DNA of 63,969 nucleotides, the filler included, from Craspedostauros australis (taxonomy: Eukaryota), in the NCBI GenBank assembly GCA_030167865.1. It is 5 parts of 5 records of this genome, joined end to end, with 100 filler letters (N's around TTAATTAATTAA, not from the genome) between each part and the next. Parts side by side here need not be neighbours in the genome. Positions count along the whole stretch, not along the records: positions 30,421 to 52,843 come from JALAGF010000585.1; positions 52,944 to 58,053 come from JALAGF010000594.1; 3 more parts are not named here. The stretch is one strand, 5' to 3'. The position numbers and the translations under genes are program-made. Of the stretch, positions 44,941-57,044 are shown piece by piece; the stretch's first letter is position 1; each line of letters opens with the position of its first letter. Below the pieces are notes generated by a model. The model was not told the DNA's origin, did not search any database, and was given only the letters and a program-made list of their open reading frames with translations.

Positions 44941-47091
44941 ATGAAGCCCGCCGTTCTGTCTTGCTGGTGGTCCACAGTGGCTGCCGTGTCTGCGGCTGCT
45001 TCGACTGCTGCCTACGCTGATGTGCGCTTCCACCAACCAGAGAAGGGGAGTCCGTTGGTGCTTCCGCATGATGAGGGTCACGCCGCAGCTCAGGTCGAAC
45101 CACAACGGCTGCGTCACGTTCGGTCCTCCGCGGATGGCGCTGCGCATCATCATGTTGAATCAAGGCAGGAGCGTAGGCATCGGAGACAGAGACGCACGCG
45201 GGCGCTGAGGCGAACACAAAGACTGGCAGCGGATGGAGAAGAACATGCCAGAGATCTGGTGCGCGACTCGCTCACTTCCGCTGATGATGTCAAGGAAACG
45301 GAGCTGCCGGTGCCCGTGGTGCTGGAGCTCTACGAGACGTCCGGCTTCCTCTCGGCGATGGCTGGCGATGAGTTGGCCTTTGGCCTTTCCAGGTACCTCT
45401 ACTTCACCCTGCAGCGGCATCTCGCGACGGACCAGAGGACGAGAAGGGAGTTCGAGCTGCTGCTGGATCTCGTGCCTGTTCTCACTTTTGTTTCCGGCAC
45501 GGTCATTGAAAACTCGAATGCGGTTCTGCCATTGGCCGAGCAGTCTCCCAGCACCCGCATTCAGGCAAGGCAGGGCGATGGCGATGGCGATGGTGGAGAC
45601 AGAGAGGCCATTGTGCAGCAGGTCAACAGGGACGGCATCGATGGGCGGAACATCAACGCCACCGACACGGCACAGGATCAGGGCGGGTCGATCACGGGAA
45701 GCAGGCTGCAGTTTGAGGTCTCCATCCAATGGACCTCTCCGGGAGAGGACGGCGAAGGTCTGGACAGCATAGACGGCAGCTCCATCGTCACCACGTCGAC
45801 CAAGAACCTCTTCCAAGACCTCGTGGAACAGGCCTTGAGAGGAGATCTGGACAACTACAATCAAACGGAGTCCTCCGTCTCGCGACGCTCCGGACAGGGG
45901 CAGCCATCGCAGAACCTCCTGTCCAATCTTACCCTGTCGAACATTGACGAATTGAGCAAGGTCACGACTGTGCTCTACTTCCCACCGACCGCAGCACCCA
46001 CCGCGGTCCCCATAGTCACGGACGCTCCCACAGCAGCGCCGGCATCAGGCGGAGACTCGAACCAACCACCCACAGCAACCGTCGCGGGTGCCAACAGGGA
46101 CATCCCGCAACTGTCCAAAGACAAGACGCAGGCATTCTGGCCCGTGCTCATCGTTTCGTTGGGCGTCTTTGTTCTCACCGCCATTTGGATCGCATTCCGC
46201 CGTCGTCAGGGCGTCAATCTAGATGACCTGGCATCGCTCGACACCGAAGGAGACGATGGCTACCGTGGCAGCAAAAGACGCAAGCGTGCCAAGGTCGACC
46301 ACCAGAGCAACCACGTTGCCAACGCAAGGCAGGTAGATAGGGAGCACTCCTTCGTGCTGCGCAATGCCGTGACGGGATCGGAGCCTCCGCCCTTGCTCTA
46401 CTCGCAGGAAGCGGTCGCGGCTGTCGCATCGCCTCATCGTGAGACGCCGAGCGATGGTCGGAACAACCGCAAGTACAAGTACGATCGAGCGATGGACGGC
46501 GTGCACATCCCATCCGCAAATGAAGTCGTCCTGATGGCGGACGGAACCCACATACACCATGGTCAGCACAGTCCATCAAGGTCAGCAACAGCATCGCCGA
46601 CACTGACGCAACCGCAGATCACCACGCTCAACGAAGGCTACAGAACAGCACCGATGCCTTTGGAGTTGGCGTCGGATATAGACTCGGACTCCCACCACTC
46701 CTCTTCGTACGGCAGCGTGGGTCGAAAGAAGCTCAATGTCGGCAAGGACAATCTTCAGCGAGGAAACAGTCGCAGAGGATCGAACATGACCGCAGGATCC
46801 AGCACGAAAAGAAAGGCCGTGGCGTCAAATACATTGAAATGGGAGGAGGAATGGCAAAAGATGGGATCCACGCCGCAGCAAGGGACTACCACTGCGCCAG
46901 CTGCCGCTACTCTTGGAGACGACATATCCAACTACAGCAACAGCGACACGACAGCAAGCAGCAATGATGCATTGCTTGCGCCATCGCACAACGGCACCGG
47001 GTTGTTCTGCCCGTACTCGACATCCACGAACCTCCTCGGTGGTGAGGATGTCACCGGAATCACCGAATCAGGCCTTGACGGACTGTCATAG
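44941..47091 (+). CDS. Type I membrane protein with signal peptide, RXL-type propeptide, PT-rich stalk and long Ser-rich cytosolic tail (716 aa)
   Basis: MKPAVLSCWWSTVAAVSAAASTA; RRTRALRRTQRL and RDL; PPTAAPTAVPIVTDAPTAAP; TM FWPVLIVSLGVFVLTAIWIAF followed by RRR. Confidence 0.85.
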   Translation: MKPAVLSCWWSTVAAVSAAASTAAYADVRFHQPEKGSPLVLPHDEGHAAAQVEPQRLRHVRSSADGAAHHHVESRQERRHRRQRRTRALRRTQRLAADGEEHARDLVRDSLTSADDVKETELPVPVVLELYETSGFLSAMAGDELAFGLSRYLYFTLQRHLATDQRTRREFELLLDLVPVLTFVSGTVIENSNAVLPLAEQSPSTRIQARQGDGDGDGGDREAIVQQVNRDGIDGRNINATDTAQDQGGSITGSRLQFEVSIQWTSPGEDGEGLDSIDGSSIVTTSTKNLFQDLVEQALRGDLDNYNQTESSVSRRSGQGQPSQNLLSNLTLSNIDELSKVTTVLYFPPTAAPTAVPIVTDAPTAAPASGGDSNQPPTATVAGANRDIPQLSKDKTQAFWPVLIVSLGVFVLTAIWIAFRRRQGVNLDDLASLDTEGDDGYRGSKRRKRAKVDHQSNHVANARQVDREHSFVLRNAVTGSEPPPLLYSQEAVAAVASPHRETPSDGRNNRKYKYDRAMDGVHIPSANEVVLMADGTHIHHGQHSPSRSATASPTLTQPQITTLNEGYRTAPMPLELASDIDSDSHHSSSYGSVGRKKLNVGKDNLQRGNSRRGSNMTAGSSTKRKAVASNTLKWEEEWQKMGSTPQQGTTTAPAAATLGDDISNYSNSDTTASSNDALLAPSHNGTGLFCPYSTSTNLLGGEDVTGITESGLDGLS

Positions 47092-48719
47092 GGTATCCTA
47101 TGTAATACATGCAGTTTGATAGTCGTCGGAGCATGGAGGAAGAGGTGCCATGAAATAGGTTTGTCGTGGCAACGACGGTGACGGAAAGAGGCATATGTAG
47201 GGAAGCGCCCGATCAAGTTCATGTCTTCATGTTTGAACGAGGTGGAAGGATCAAAGAGAAGTGGAGTGGGGTGATATAGTATGCCATAAAGTATGACATG
47301 GCATCTATTGTACTAGAGTATGTTCCAGAACAAGCAACAGTACCAGCAGCAGCTTCAACACGCATCATCTGTCGATTCACTCAGGTTGGCCATGCGTAGC
47401 TCGCATGGCATCAATCTGGCGATGCTACTTTTGCTTCTGTCTCAGAGTATCATGTCGCATTCATTTCCTGATTCGGTTGGGTCTCTTGGCCGGATCCAAA
47501 ACTGAGGATCCAGGAACTGTGGGCAGATGGCATCAGGCTCCAGGTTTGGTGTGGGTTGTCTCATGTACACTCATCGCATACCATCCTCGTACATACGAAA
47601 AGGCACTTACGTACCAATATGTAGACATGCCAAAGTATTATTCATCCACGGAAAGAGTGCGATCTCCTATTGGAAGATTGAGACTGGGAAACGGTTGCCA
47701 ATGTGCTATCGTCTTCACTTCGACTCAGGTACCTGTTCCTGTGCGATCTATCGTACGACACATAAATCCCAAAGTATCCTAGGTATGTTGAATCTCTTCG
47801 AGACATGCTGTCTCTCTGTGCGATCTGAGAGATGGTCTTGTACTCTGACTGAATGTGTGACCCATCGTACTCGTAGGTAGATTGGGCCACATTGATCGCA
47901 CCAAGATGCTCTCCAGATCACAGTTGCATTGTCCAACATTCGTGGAATACGTAGGTATGTAAATGCACGCTATTATTTTGAAATTCCCCATGCTTGTTTG
48001 TTTGCTTGATCAGCTTCTGTACTCGAGCTCGTAGGTCGCAGAGCAAACAGCCAACCGCCGCCTTCGTCCATCTTTATGCCACGCACTGTCGTGATATACA
48101 CGTGCCAAATCATGCTCCGAATGTGGGACCTTTCTTCACCTGGCTGACATTCTTGTTTGGTTGTATCGATCTCTTTGTTCATCCATGTGCTCTCTTTTGT
48201 TGTTGTTCTTGGGCCTGGCTGCGCAGATGGGCAACGGCAACCGTATGTTCAGGCGGTGGTTGCATCCGCACAGGAACAGCAGTATCACCCACCCATGCAT
48301 GACTTGTAGTTTCTCAACTCGTTCGGTATTGGTTCTGTTCTGTTGCAACCAGCAGGCAGGATTGGTAAAGTCTCTAGAATCTGCCTGCAGCATGTCGCCG
48401 GAGATCTTCGCTCGAGACCAGTTCAGAGCAGTTCAGGCCGACGAACCAGCGGCAGTATCAGTACCAGTACCGGTTTTGCGATGATTTCAATGCCCTCTCC
48501 CACATTTGTATCTCTGTGCACCAATCGGTTCCATGATGCAGGCAGCATGCTGGTGCAACTCCCAGTAGCAGACCGCGCCGCACCATCCTGAATCACATCA
48601 CATCACATCACATCACGTCGTTCCGATCGCCAATCGCGTCTTTCCCAGCGTCGTTCGGTTGGAAGTGCAGTGGCCGGGTTTGCACCTCGGCGGCACGACT
48701 GCAGCGTGTCAACGAAACT

Positions 48720-49094
48720 CTACGAGTTTCTCAGTCTCCGCGTCCGCGTGCCTGGGCGGTTGTATCGGATGTTCCAGGCGGGCACGTATTCGCGGCGTTG
48801 CGTTGTTTCCCACTGCACGAGCACACTTTTCGAGTACGCCCCGGAAGGTTTGCAAAAGCCGTCGGGTTTGCTGTTGCCTCGGTTTGCGCCGTTGCTCTTC
48901 GTGTCATTATCGACCAGCCATGCCACGTGTTCAGTCTTGCCGACCGTGACCCACACCATCTTGCTCAGCTTTTGGGACACCGCCGCGTCATTGTTCCAAA
49001 GGTGCCGTGGCTGCGACAAGGTCTGCTTGTACCGTCTCCGATGAGTCTGTGGCACGATTGAAGGTGCTTGATTGTGTTCCGCTGACACCGTCAT
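48720..49094 (-). CDS. Possible small protein with an SH3/Tudor-like beta pattern
   Basis: VWVTVGKTEHVAWLV...VLVQWETTQRREYVPAWNIRY looks like a small beta-barrel; CAA-rich leader upstream on the minus strand. Confidence 0.4.
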   Translation of the reverse strand: MTVSAEHNQAPSIVPQTHRRRYKQTLSQPRHLWNNDAAVSQKLSKMVWVTVGKTEHVAWLVDNDTKSNGANRGNSKPDGFCKPSGAYSKSVLVQWETTQRREYVPAWNIRYNRPGTRTRRLRNS

Positions 49095-50335
49095 GTTGGG
49101 CTGTTGCTGCTGCTACTGTTGTTGTTGCTTCTGCGATGGATGGACTGGAGTACCGTACCGATGTGGGCGCAAGGATGTGACGAGTATGGTGCAATGATGT
49201 TGCAGTATGGGCACAATGGATTCTTGTCCTGTTGTTTCGTCGTTGTGGTACAGGCGCCTTGTCGACGATGGCGGTGCTGTTGAGTCTGTCAGCTCGGCTG
49301 TTGTTGTTGCTGTCGCTGTTGCTGCTGATGATGATGACCTTGATGCGAGCGTGCGATCTGGTTCCGGAAGCACAGGGTCTTCTGTCTGTGTCGTTTCTGT
49401 TTTATGTGCACAATCAAGAGGATGCCTCCTTGACGATCTCCAGCATTGTCCTGTGTCTTTGTTGACATGGCCTCTCTCTGTTCTCTCCTCTGCGGCGCGA
49501 GTTGTCGTTGTTTTTGGCGAACTTGTGCGAGTGACGCGTACTGGCGGGCAGTTTGTGTCGTTTCTCCTTGTTGGTGCGATACCGTACTTTTGCAACGGTG
49601 GTTCGTGTTGTCACGACTCGTGCGTTCAGACGTTGTCAGTTGGGGCGCGTTTTGTCGACCTCTTCTCTCCTTTTTGTTTCTTTTGTGGTGACGGTGCCTG
49701 GGCTATTGCTCCTGTCATTTGTGGCTTGAATTGCGTTCTCTCCTGTCGTGTGGACAGATAAGCCCTCCAAGCCGGCCATCGCATCCATCGCCAACGGATA
49801 AACTCCGCGTTAAGAGCGTGTTCCCATCGGACGACACTTCCGACAATCCTTTTTGTCAATACTCGTGCTGCGACACGAAAACAGGCGTTGACGAACAGCC
49901 TTGATAACGACCCCTCGATTGGTCAATCTTGTCAGTCGTGTGAACGAGACACTCGCGCACAAATCGAGAGCTTTGTTGGCCGTTCTCTTTAGTCCATTTA
50001 GTCACACGGACAATGGCTCTCAACGACAGTGAACGTCTAACAACAAGTGTAGATCGTGGCAAACTCATTCATTCGGGAATCAGTCAGCAAGTGTGTCACG
50101 AGCAGAATCCAAAGCAAACAAACACATCACAAACGACACAAAACAGCGGTGTTGTTGGTGCTGGTGTCCTTCGTTTCGGACTATCGGCATCTTCTCTCTA
50201 TTGGCATGATCATCTTGGGGACGGCTGCGTTCGGTGAGCATTGTGCAGCGTTTTACTTCTGCAATATTGCACCACCGACAGCGCTCGACAAACATACAGG
50301 AAAAGAGCACAAGCCAATCGCTTCGACCACCAACG

Positions 50336-50899
50336 ATGTCAATGCTGTCCGTATCGTCCCATTCGTCGTCGTTCCTCATCTCGGGCGGAAGCATGCAGGC
50401 ACATGCCGTTCGCTTGCAACCAGGCGATGATCTTGGAGAGTGCCTTCTGGCAGCCGCAAAGCAGGCAATGGAGCGCTCTGGTGCGCAATCGGCGGTCATC
50501 CTCTCCTCCGTTGGCAGCCTCGAGTTCGTTCGGCTGAGGATGGCGAGCGCCAGCCGTGCTGGTATGAACACTGCTGTCAAGTCGGAGGGTGGAGATGCCG
50601 CAAAGTCCAATGATTCACATCACGACATCAAAGAGTGGCACGAGCGGTTGGAGATACTGAGCCTCAACGGCACGTTCTCGGGTGATGGCGGCAAGCACCT
50701 GCACATGTCTGTGTCGGATTCGAATGGGCATGTTTGGGGAGGGCACTTCATGGCTGGGCGTATCTTCACGACGTTGGAGTTGGTGATTGCGACACTTGGC
50801 GGTGTTCAGTTCAAAAGGGATGCGGACGAGGCAACTGGATACAGAGAATTGGTGGTGGCCGCGGATGGGAGTGGTAACACAGGCAAAGATACATCGTAG
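50336..50899 (+). CDS. PPC/DUF296 domain protein (187 aa)
   Basis: AVRLQPGDDL, ILSSVGSL..VRLRMA, LEILSLNGT, KHLHMSVSDSNGHVWGGH, IFTTLELVI, FKR..DEATGYREL. Confidence 0.92.
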   Translation: MSMLSVSSHSSSFLISGGSMQAHAVRLQPGDDLGECLLAAAKQAMERSGAQSAVILSSVGSLEFVRLRMASASRAGMNTAVKSEGGDAAKSNDSHHDIKEWHERLEILSLNGTFSGDGGKHLHMSVSDSNGHVWGGHFMAGRIFTTLELVIATLGGVQFKRDADEATGYRELVVAADGSGNTGKDTS

Positions 50900-51476
50900 A
50901 GCGATGCATGGATGTGCTTCAGCATAGAGCAGAGTGCTCCACAGCCAGACGCCCTGCCGATCGAACAATACGAAAGTGTATCTGACGTCGGTCCCCTCCG
51001 ACATCGCATCCGCATTTGCATTGCACGAACTGTGGTTGATTGCCTGCACTCCTACGCATTGGGATTGCACAGTTTCCACCTGCAATACCGAACTAAGCTA
51101 AACACATGGTCATTCGTGCTAACAGCAGGACTTGCACGACAACAAGCAGTAACAGTGATAACATCAAAAACAAAACTCGGCACCCGACCATTCCGGCACG
51201 GCGTTCTTCCTCGAGAGAGGTCGCGATGTTGGAGCGTTGGTGGTTAGTCGCCGGGGCGCGAGTCTATCGGAAATAGAAGAGCTCATAATTCGACAGAGAA
51301 CAGGTTACCAACCCTCATCACACAGTCCACATCCACCAAACTGCCTATTTTATCCATGACTAACAAAAGTGCTGGACGGTGCTGCTGCTTTGTGACTCGT
51401 TTGGCTCCAATACCTGGCTCCATTCTGTGTTCCCCCGATCGTCTTGTCTTGTTTCTTCGCCAGCATGCTGGTTGGT

Positions 51477-52117
51477 TTACAACTCAGCGCCGTCTGCCTG
51501 CTTCTGGAGGTAGTCAAGGAGGATGGAGAGGGCACGGGTCTCCTCACCGAAGTCGGTGACGACGGTGCAGGAAGTGCGGACTGCCTTCTTGACGGATCCG
51601 TCCTCCTCCAGCTTGGCGAGGCCGCACCATGCACCGAGCTCCTTTCCGGACTCGACCATGATGACGTGGACCTCGCCCTCGGAGCAGAGGCCGCGCACGA
51701 GCTTCTTGTACTCGTCGTGATCGCAGTCCTTGGCGAGGCAGCAGAGGCGGGCTGAGCGTCTGTCAAGGGCCTTGGTGCACTCATGGAGTCCCTTCTTGAG
51801 GCCGTTGTGGATCATGGCCTTTTGGAGGACCTGTCGTTGGACGAGAGTGGGGGGAAATTGGTGCGGATTGATGAGGTGAGAGGACTGGACTTCATCGCAT
51901 TCCCATTCCCATTCATAGGCATCGCCATCGTTGCAATTCATCATCGTCAGCGCGCCAAACCAGACAAGGCGCATGTTTCATGTCATGCGACAGTCCCCGT
52001 ACTCTCGGCACGTACCTCCTTGAGGGCATCCAAGACGCTCATCTCAACATCCTCGACTGGGGCTGGGGCTTCGGCCTCGGCCTCAGCCTCGGTCTCCATA
52101 ACTTCTTCATCAGCCAT
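51477..52117 (-). CDS. RPS12: 40S ribosomal protein S12 (eS12); exons 52117-52016 and 51830-51477 (151 aa)
   Basis: MSVLDALKE|VLQKAMIHNGLKKGLHECTKALDRRSARLCCLAKDCDHDEYKKLVRGLC...LGAWCGL...SCTVVTDFGEE; GT-AG intron 52015-51831. Confidence 0.97.
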
Positions 52118-52843
52118 CTTGATCGTTTGCTTGTCGTTTCTACAGGAACTACGGTTTGTCGGAAGCAGGTGCTTGTTTGCGTCTCGCGAGAGTGTTGATT
52201 CTTGGTCTGTGTCTTGGTCGGAGGTGGTGTGGTGTCCTTGTTGCGTTTGCGTTTGCGGTGGTGGTTACGGTTGCGGCTGTTGTTGGCGTTTTTCATTTTT
52301 CGCTGCTCCCCACGCGATTTTTGCTGTGCTGGATGTATTGGGTTATGGGTTTAGTAAACTGGAGGCCAGTTGTTGCGTGGTTCGACTACATGGACTCATC
52401 AACAACGAAAACTCGAGATTGCGGATAGCAAGGAGGCGGCCGTCTCTCCTGTGCGACGCCATGTGGGAGTGTACGACCTGCACTCAATGTAAAACGGTGT
52501 CGCGATAGCACTAGTTGTGGAGTGTTTTTTGAGTTTTACTCGTGATGAGTCGTGATAAAGTAGACTAAAATAGAGCACATCCAAAACCATCCAAACAACT
52601 GCTTATGATGTTATATCTCAACAACACATCGCTTACAATTAAAAATAAACAGTGCATCCGGACGAGTGGCTATCAGTGATTCTGAATATTGAAGTTAAAT
52701 TTGTATGCACTTTATTTTTAATGTCGTTTTGGCTTGCTGTCTGTCAGGTGGTGGGTGCGAAAATTCTCGATGGCACCATGCTGCCCTCCCTTCAGCACCC
52801 ATGATCATCATTATCATCCCTGGCATTTTCACAATCCGCGCAC

Positions 52844-52943
52844 NNNNNNNNNNNNNNNNNNNNNNNNNNNNNNNNNNNNNNNNNNNNTTAATTAATTAAN
52901 NNNNNNNNNNNNNNNNNNNNNNNNNNNNNNNNNNNNNNNNNNN
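52844..52943. other. Assembly gap spacer
   Basis: N44-TTAATTAATTAA-N44. Confidence 0.97.
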
Positions 52944-53836
52944 GTCGTGTTATCCTAGATTGCCGCACCTCCCATAATACCAAAAATAGACTGACCGATC
53001 TACCAAAGTCGGACACACTCCCAAGTCTATTGTGGACCTTCCCCCTCTGTGTGTCAAGAGTATGACGGACGACGGACAGACTAATGATGTGACATGTTTT
53101 GAGATGATTGGCGAAGTAACATGGCGAACAGTGGATGCGAAAGGGCGACTGGAACACCGAAGTGTTCCAAGCACGATGGTTGACCAGTTGAACCAAAACA
53201 TCTATGCGAAAACGCTATCACTGTTGTGTCAATCAGAACTCAGAACATGATTACGTGACTGACAGAGAACCGCCGAAGGAGAACAAAGCGCGGACTGGAA
53301 CATCATGGAAAGAGTGGACTGATTGTGCCAGAACATCATGTTCTGACCATGTGTGACCACCAGTGAACATGTGAGAAGAGTGAGTGAACAACACGGAAGA
53401 GTGTACTGGATGAGTGATGGATGCCTGATCGGAAGAGAATGAAACTCAGCATCGGTATGCATGCACTGCAGGAGTGTAGGAGGAAACCTCAATGGACGAG
53501 CATGATGAAATGCACTTGTCATGAGCAATGAGATGTGAATGATGGAGAGGGTTTGCTATGATGATTGCAGGAGCAACTACAGGGTGCCATCAGCATCATC
53601 ATGGGCAAACGACTTGAGGAATTGAGAAATGAAGATGTTGTTCTCACAGTTCTAAAACGGTACAGTTTAATAAGCATTAGACTATACTACTACCCCGGAT
53701 TTCCAACAAAAACAGAATCGAACTTTTCCTGTTGTGAATGATTGAAGACAGCAGCGGGATTGGTGGTGCCAACAGCAATAGATCGATTCAACAGATGTGC
53801 TGAAAGCACAGCCCATACTCGCAGCATTCCTCCAAG

Positions 53837-55760
53837 ATGCTCACCATTGGTGACTATGTTTACATTGCTGCTCATCAAGACAGCAGTAGGAGATCCATTG
53901 AAGGCTCCCATGGGTTCATGACAGTGTTGAGGAAGAGGATGCTGGATGGCCAGACCATCGACTTCTCCACAGAGGGTACCGACACATGTGAAATTGAGGA
54001 TGGTGATGAGCTCATCATGGGCATATGCCAGGCAGGATCCAAAAGGATTCGAAGAGAACTCCTGGCATCCCTTTGTTCAACAGCTCAATTGGATAACCTC
54101 ACATGGCATCAAAAGGGCGATGATAGTGATAGGCCTTCGCTTCTATCACCATCACACCATCCAAGCTCCAGCAGGGTCTTCAAGACATCCACTGCAAAGA
54201 TGAGGCCACCACAACTATCGAAAGTGGCTGCATGGTCTGTGTTGGAGCTTGCTGCAAAGCAGCCATCAAGTGTGATTGAAGTTCTTCAGAAGAAGAAGGG
54301 AAATGCAACCAAAGGATGGCTGCATAAGCATGTGGCACAATCTATCCAGACAGATCCCTCCAAGTGAACATCAACTAAGATGACCAAAGCTTGGTCCAAG
54401 ATGAAACCAGGGATGAAGTTGTCAATCCACAGCAGCATGCCCCCAAAAGGAAAGAAGCCATCCAAACAACATCTGACAGCGGAACAGAAGTAACAAGCCC
54501 TCACCATGCATCTATCATTGAAGTCCATCACAGGGTCTACTCTCTGATTGCACATGCTTGGGATGTGACACCAAAGACAGTGCACATCATCGTGAACCAG
54601 GCCAAATCAACAAGAAACACTACAATCGCTCGCCCAACACAGAGCGATTCAGGAATGTCAGTCCTTGCTAACAAGTCCATAAAAGTGCAGATTTTTACTC
54701 CCTATCATGCTCTCTGCAGGCAATATGCTGCACAGAATATCGGGACAAAGCTTACCAGGATTGGCCTCGCTGACGTCTGGCCTTGTGCAACACCAGAAGC
54801 AAGAGACATGGCCTTGGAACAAGCAGATGGGTGGAGGCAACGCGCATCGCATCTGATGGGTGAAACACAGTGTGCATTACATGCATGCAACGGTGTGGGA
54901 TCGTGGTCAGCACTGGCCAACATGGTAGCAGGTAATGGCATCCTCCAAATCATCTCCGCCAACACAATTCGAGCTTACGTCATGAATCTTGAAATAGCAC
55001 CTATCAAACCACCTCAATCCTACTAAGCCTCAACCCACGGTCTACACAACAGCGCTACAACTGGGCCAAAGAGTTCTGGGTGTTTTGGGAGTCCGCAAAG
55101 CAATTCCACAAGGTCGAAATCATTCTGGTCCGCATGGACAAGAAGTGGTTTTGGTCTATCGTGGTTCGGCGGAACCTCAAACTGATTCCTGCCTTGGGCA
55201 TTGAACCCGTGCAACATGGGGGTACACCACAAATGCCACTTTGGACAAGACGATGGTAATTGCCTTCACAGTGTTTGTGCTCAAGAACACATGGATTGCA
55301 GAAGGAGGTGATGCATATCTGATCAGCTTTGAGCATGTTGGCCATTTCGTGCTGGCACAAAAGGACTCTTACTGCCATGTCTATCGATATGACGGTACAT
55401 ATCACCACCCACCAATCCCTCAGAACATTCTCTGCGCGAAAGGTGAGATATACTTCCACAATCTTGAGATCACTGGAAGCAAGGAGATGGTGGGAAAAGG
55501 TGAAGCACAGCCTGAAGAAGTACTTTGAGGAGAAGGAGATCCTGGCATTGGATCGGATTGCTCTGCAAATTGCAGACTTGACCGCAAGAAAGGTGGTAGT
55601 AAACTGTCAATTGGACGGAGAAGGTCCGCATCAAGATGGAGAGTTGCAAGAGTTCCTTGGAACTGAATTTGGGTGCCAAGGATGGCATCTTTGGAGACAG
55701 CCACCCAATTCACCTATCACGAATGTGAAGGACGACTGCGTCTTTCCAGCTATGTCTTAA
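53837..55760 (+). mobile_element. Decayed Tc1/mariner-superfamily DNA transposase (plant/stramenopile mariner-like), frameshifted; boundaries approximate
   Basis: VRMDKKWF at ~55128-55151 (cf. VHIDEKWF), QLDGEGPH (D at 55614; cf. QQDNAxPH), QPPNSPITNVKDD (D at 55731; cf. QPPNSPDLNVLD). Motifs are spread over several frames with stops. Confidence 0.75.
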
Positions 55761-57044
55761 CACGCCTCGGGTCAGCAAGGTATATCGAAAGGGAGTCAAG
55801 TTCTGGCTCCAGACGAGATATGGGATACAGCATTGCTCTGCTGGAAACAATTCCCACTCACCAAAGTTGCCCAGGTGTACGTGCGCCATTCCCAAGTGAC
55901 TTGCGCACTTGTAAAATACAAGGGAGGTGATCAATTTTTTGTGGGAGCGAGGGCAGAGACATGAATGTTTAGCAATGTTGTGTTCCAATAGCCCACAGAC
56001 AGGGCAAGTCAATTGGGGTGGAGATTATAGTAGAGCTCAACCAACATAGAATATGAAGAAGACACTACCTGTACCAGCGACCCAACTTACCATGGCCCGA
56101 CACAAGCCATTGAAGAGATCTTTGGGACTCGGGATCCAAAGGATGAGTTGAATTTTGTCAGTTTGCGTTGTTTTTGCGTCTCTTCTTATTGTGGAGTGTC
56201 CAAGATGTTTCTGTTGGTGGAACGAATCCGGCTTGGATTGTTGTTGTTGTTGACATTGAGAACCGACTTTGTGTTGTTGTTGCTGTGAGACCAATGTTTA
56301 TCGTATTGCCTTTAGCAAGCTTTCAATGTCGTAACTCAGACCGACAAGTGAAGTCGTTTGATGTCGGAGCTTACGATGGAGACGAGGGTGGATGCAATTG
56401 ATTGTACTGATGTGAAGAGTGTGTTTGAGTTGTGAACTTTACATTTTTTGATTAAGTTGAAGAAGCAGCAGCCATGCAAGACATGTTTCTTGGCAGTGTT
56501 GTTTGCATGAGATTTTCTGCAGACAACGATGTATTCCCTGCAGTGCAAGACATGTGGCTGTGTGCCTTGTTTCACTTCCTTCTTGCAATGTATCGACTGT
56601 TCCTGCATCTCCAGCTCTTCTGCTGATTGTGATTAGTCTTGAAATGACAGAGATCTGTTTCACGTGACCCTTTTTTCTAGCATGCTGATCGTATCAAGGG
56701 CTGGGATCTTGCAGGCAAGAAGTCTTTTCAAGTCAATCCAACTACTCTTGTGATTAGAACATAACCTGCAATAATTCACTTGACAATTTCTTGGGTCTGA
56801 TAATCTCCATCCCCTTGTTCCTTGGTGGTTCATAGTTGGTCTTGATTCATGGCGAAAGGTACGGGGCATGCATCGGTGGACAGTCGCGAAAAGACACGGC
56901 CAACTATTTTGCAGGAAATGCCAAGTTCGACTAATCCGATTAGATGGCAACTCCGAAGAGTGTCCCACTTTTGAACGTCAAAGGCCTCACGTTGAAACTG
57001 GATCCCAATGATCGGACCATTGGAACCCTTTTTGCAGGACCTGT

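Noticed and set aside
53680..56035. Possible mariner terminal inverted repeats (CTACCCCGGAT at ~53690 vs ATTGGGGTGGAG at ~56012)
   Set aside because: Match too short and imperfect to call.
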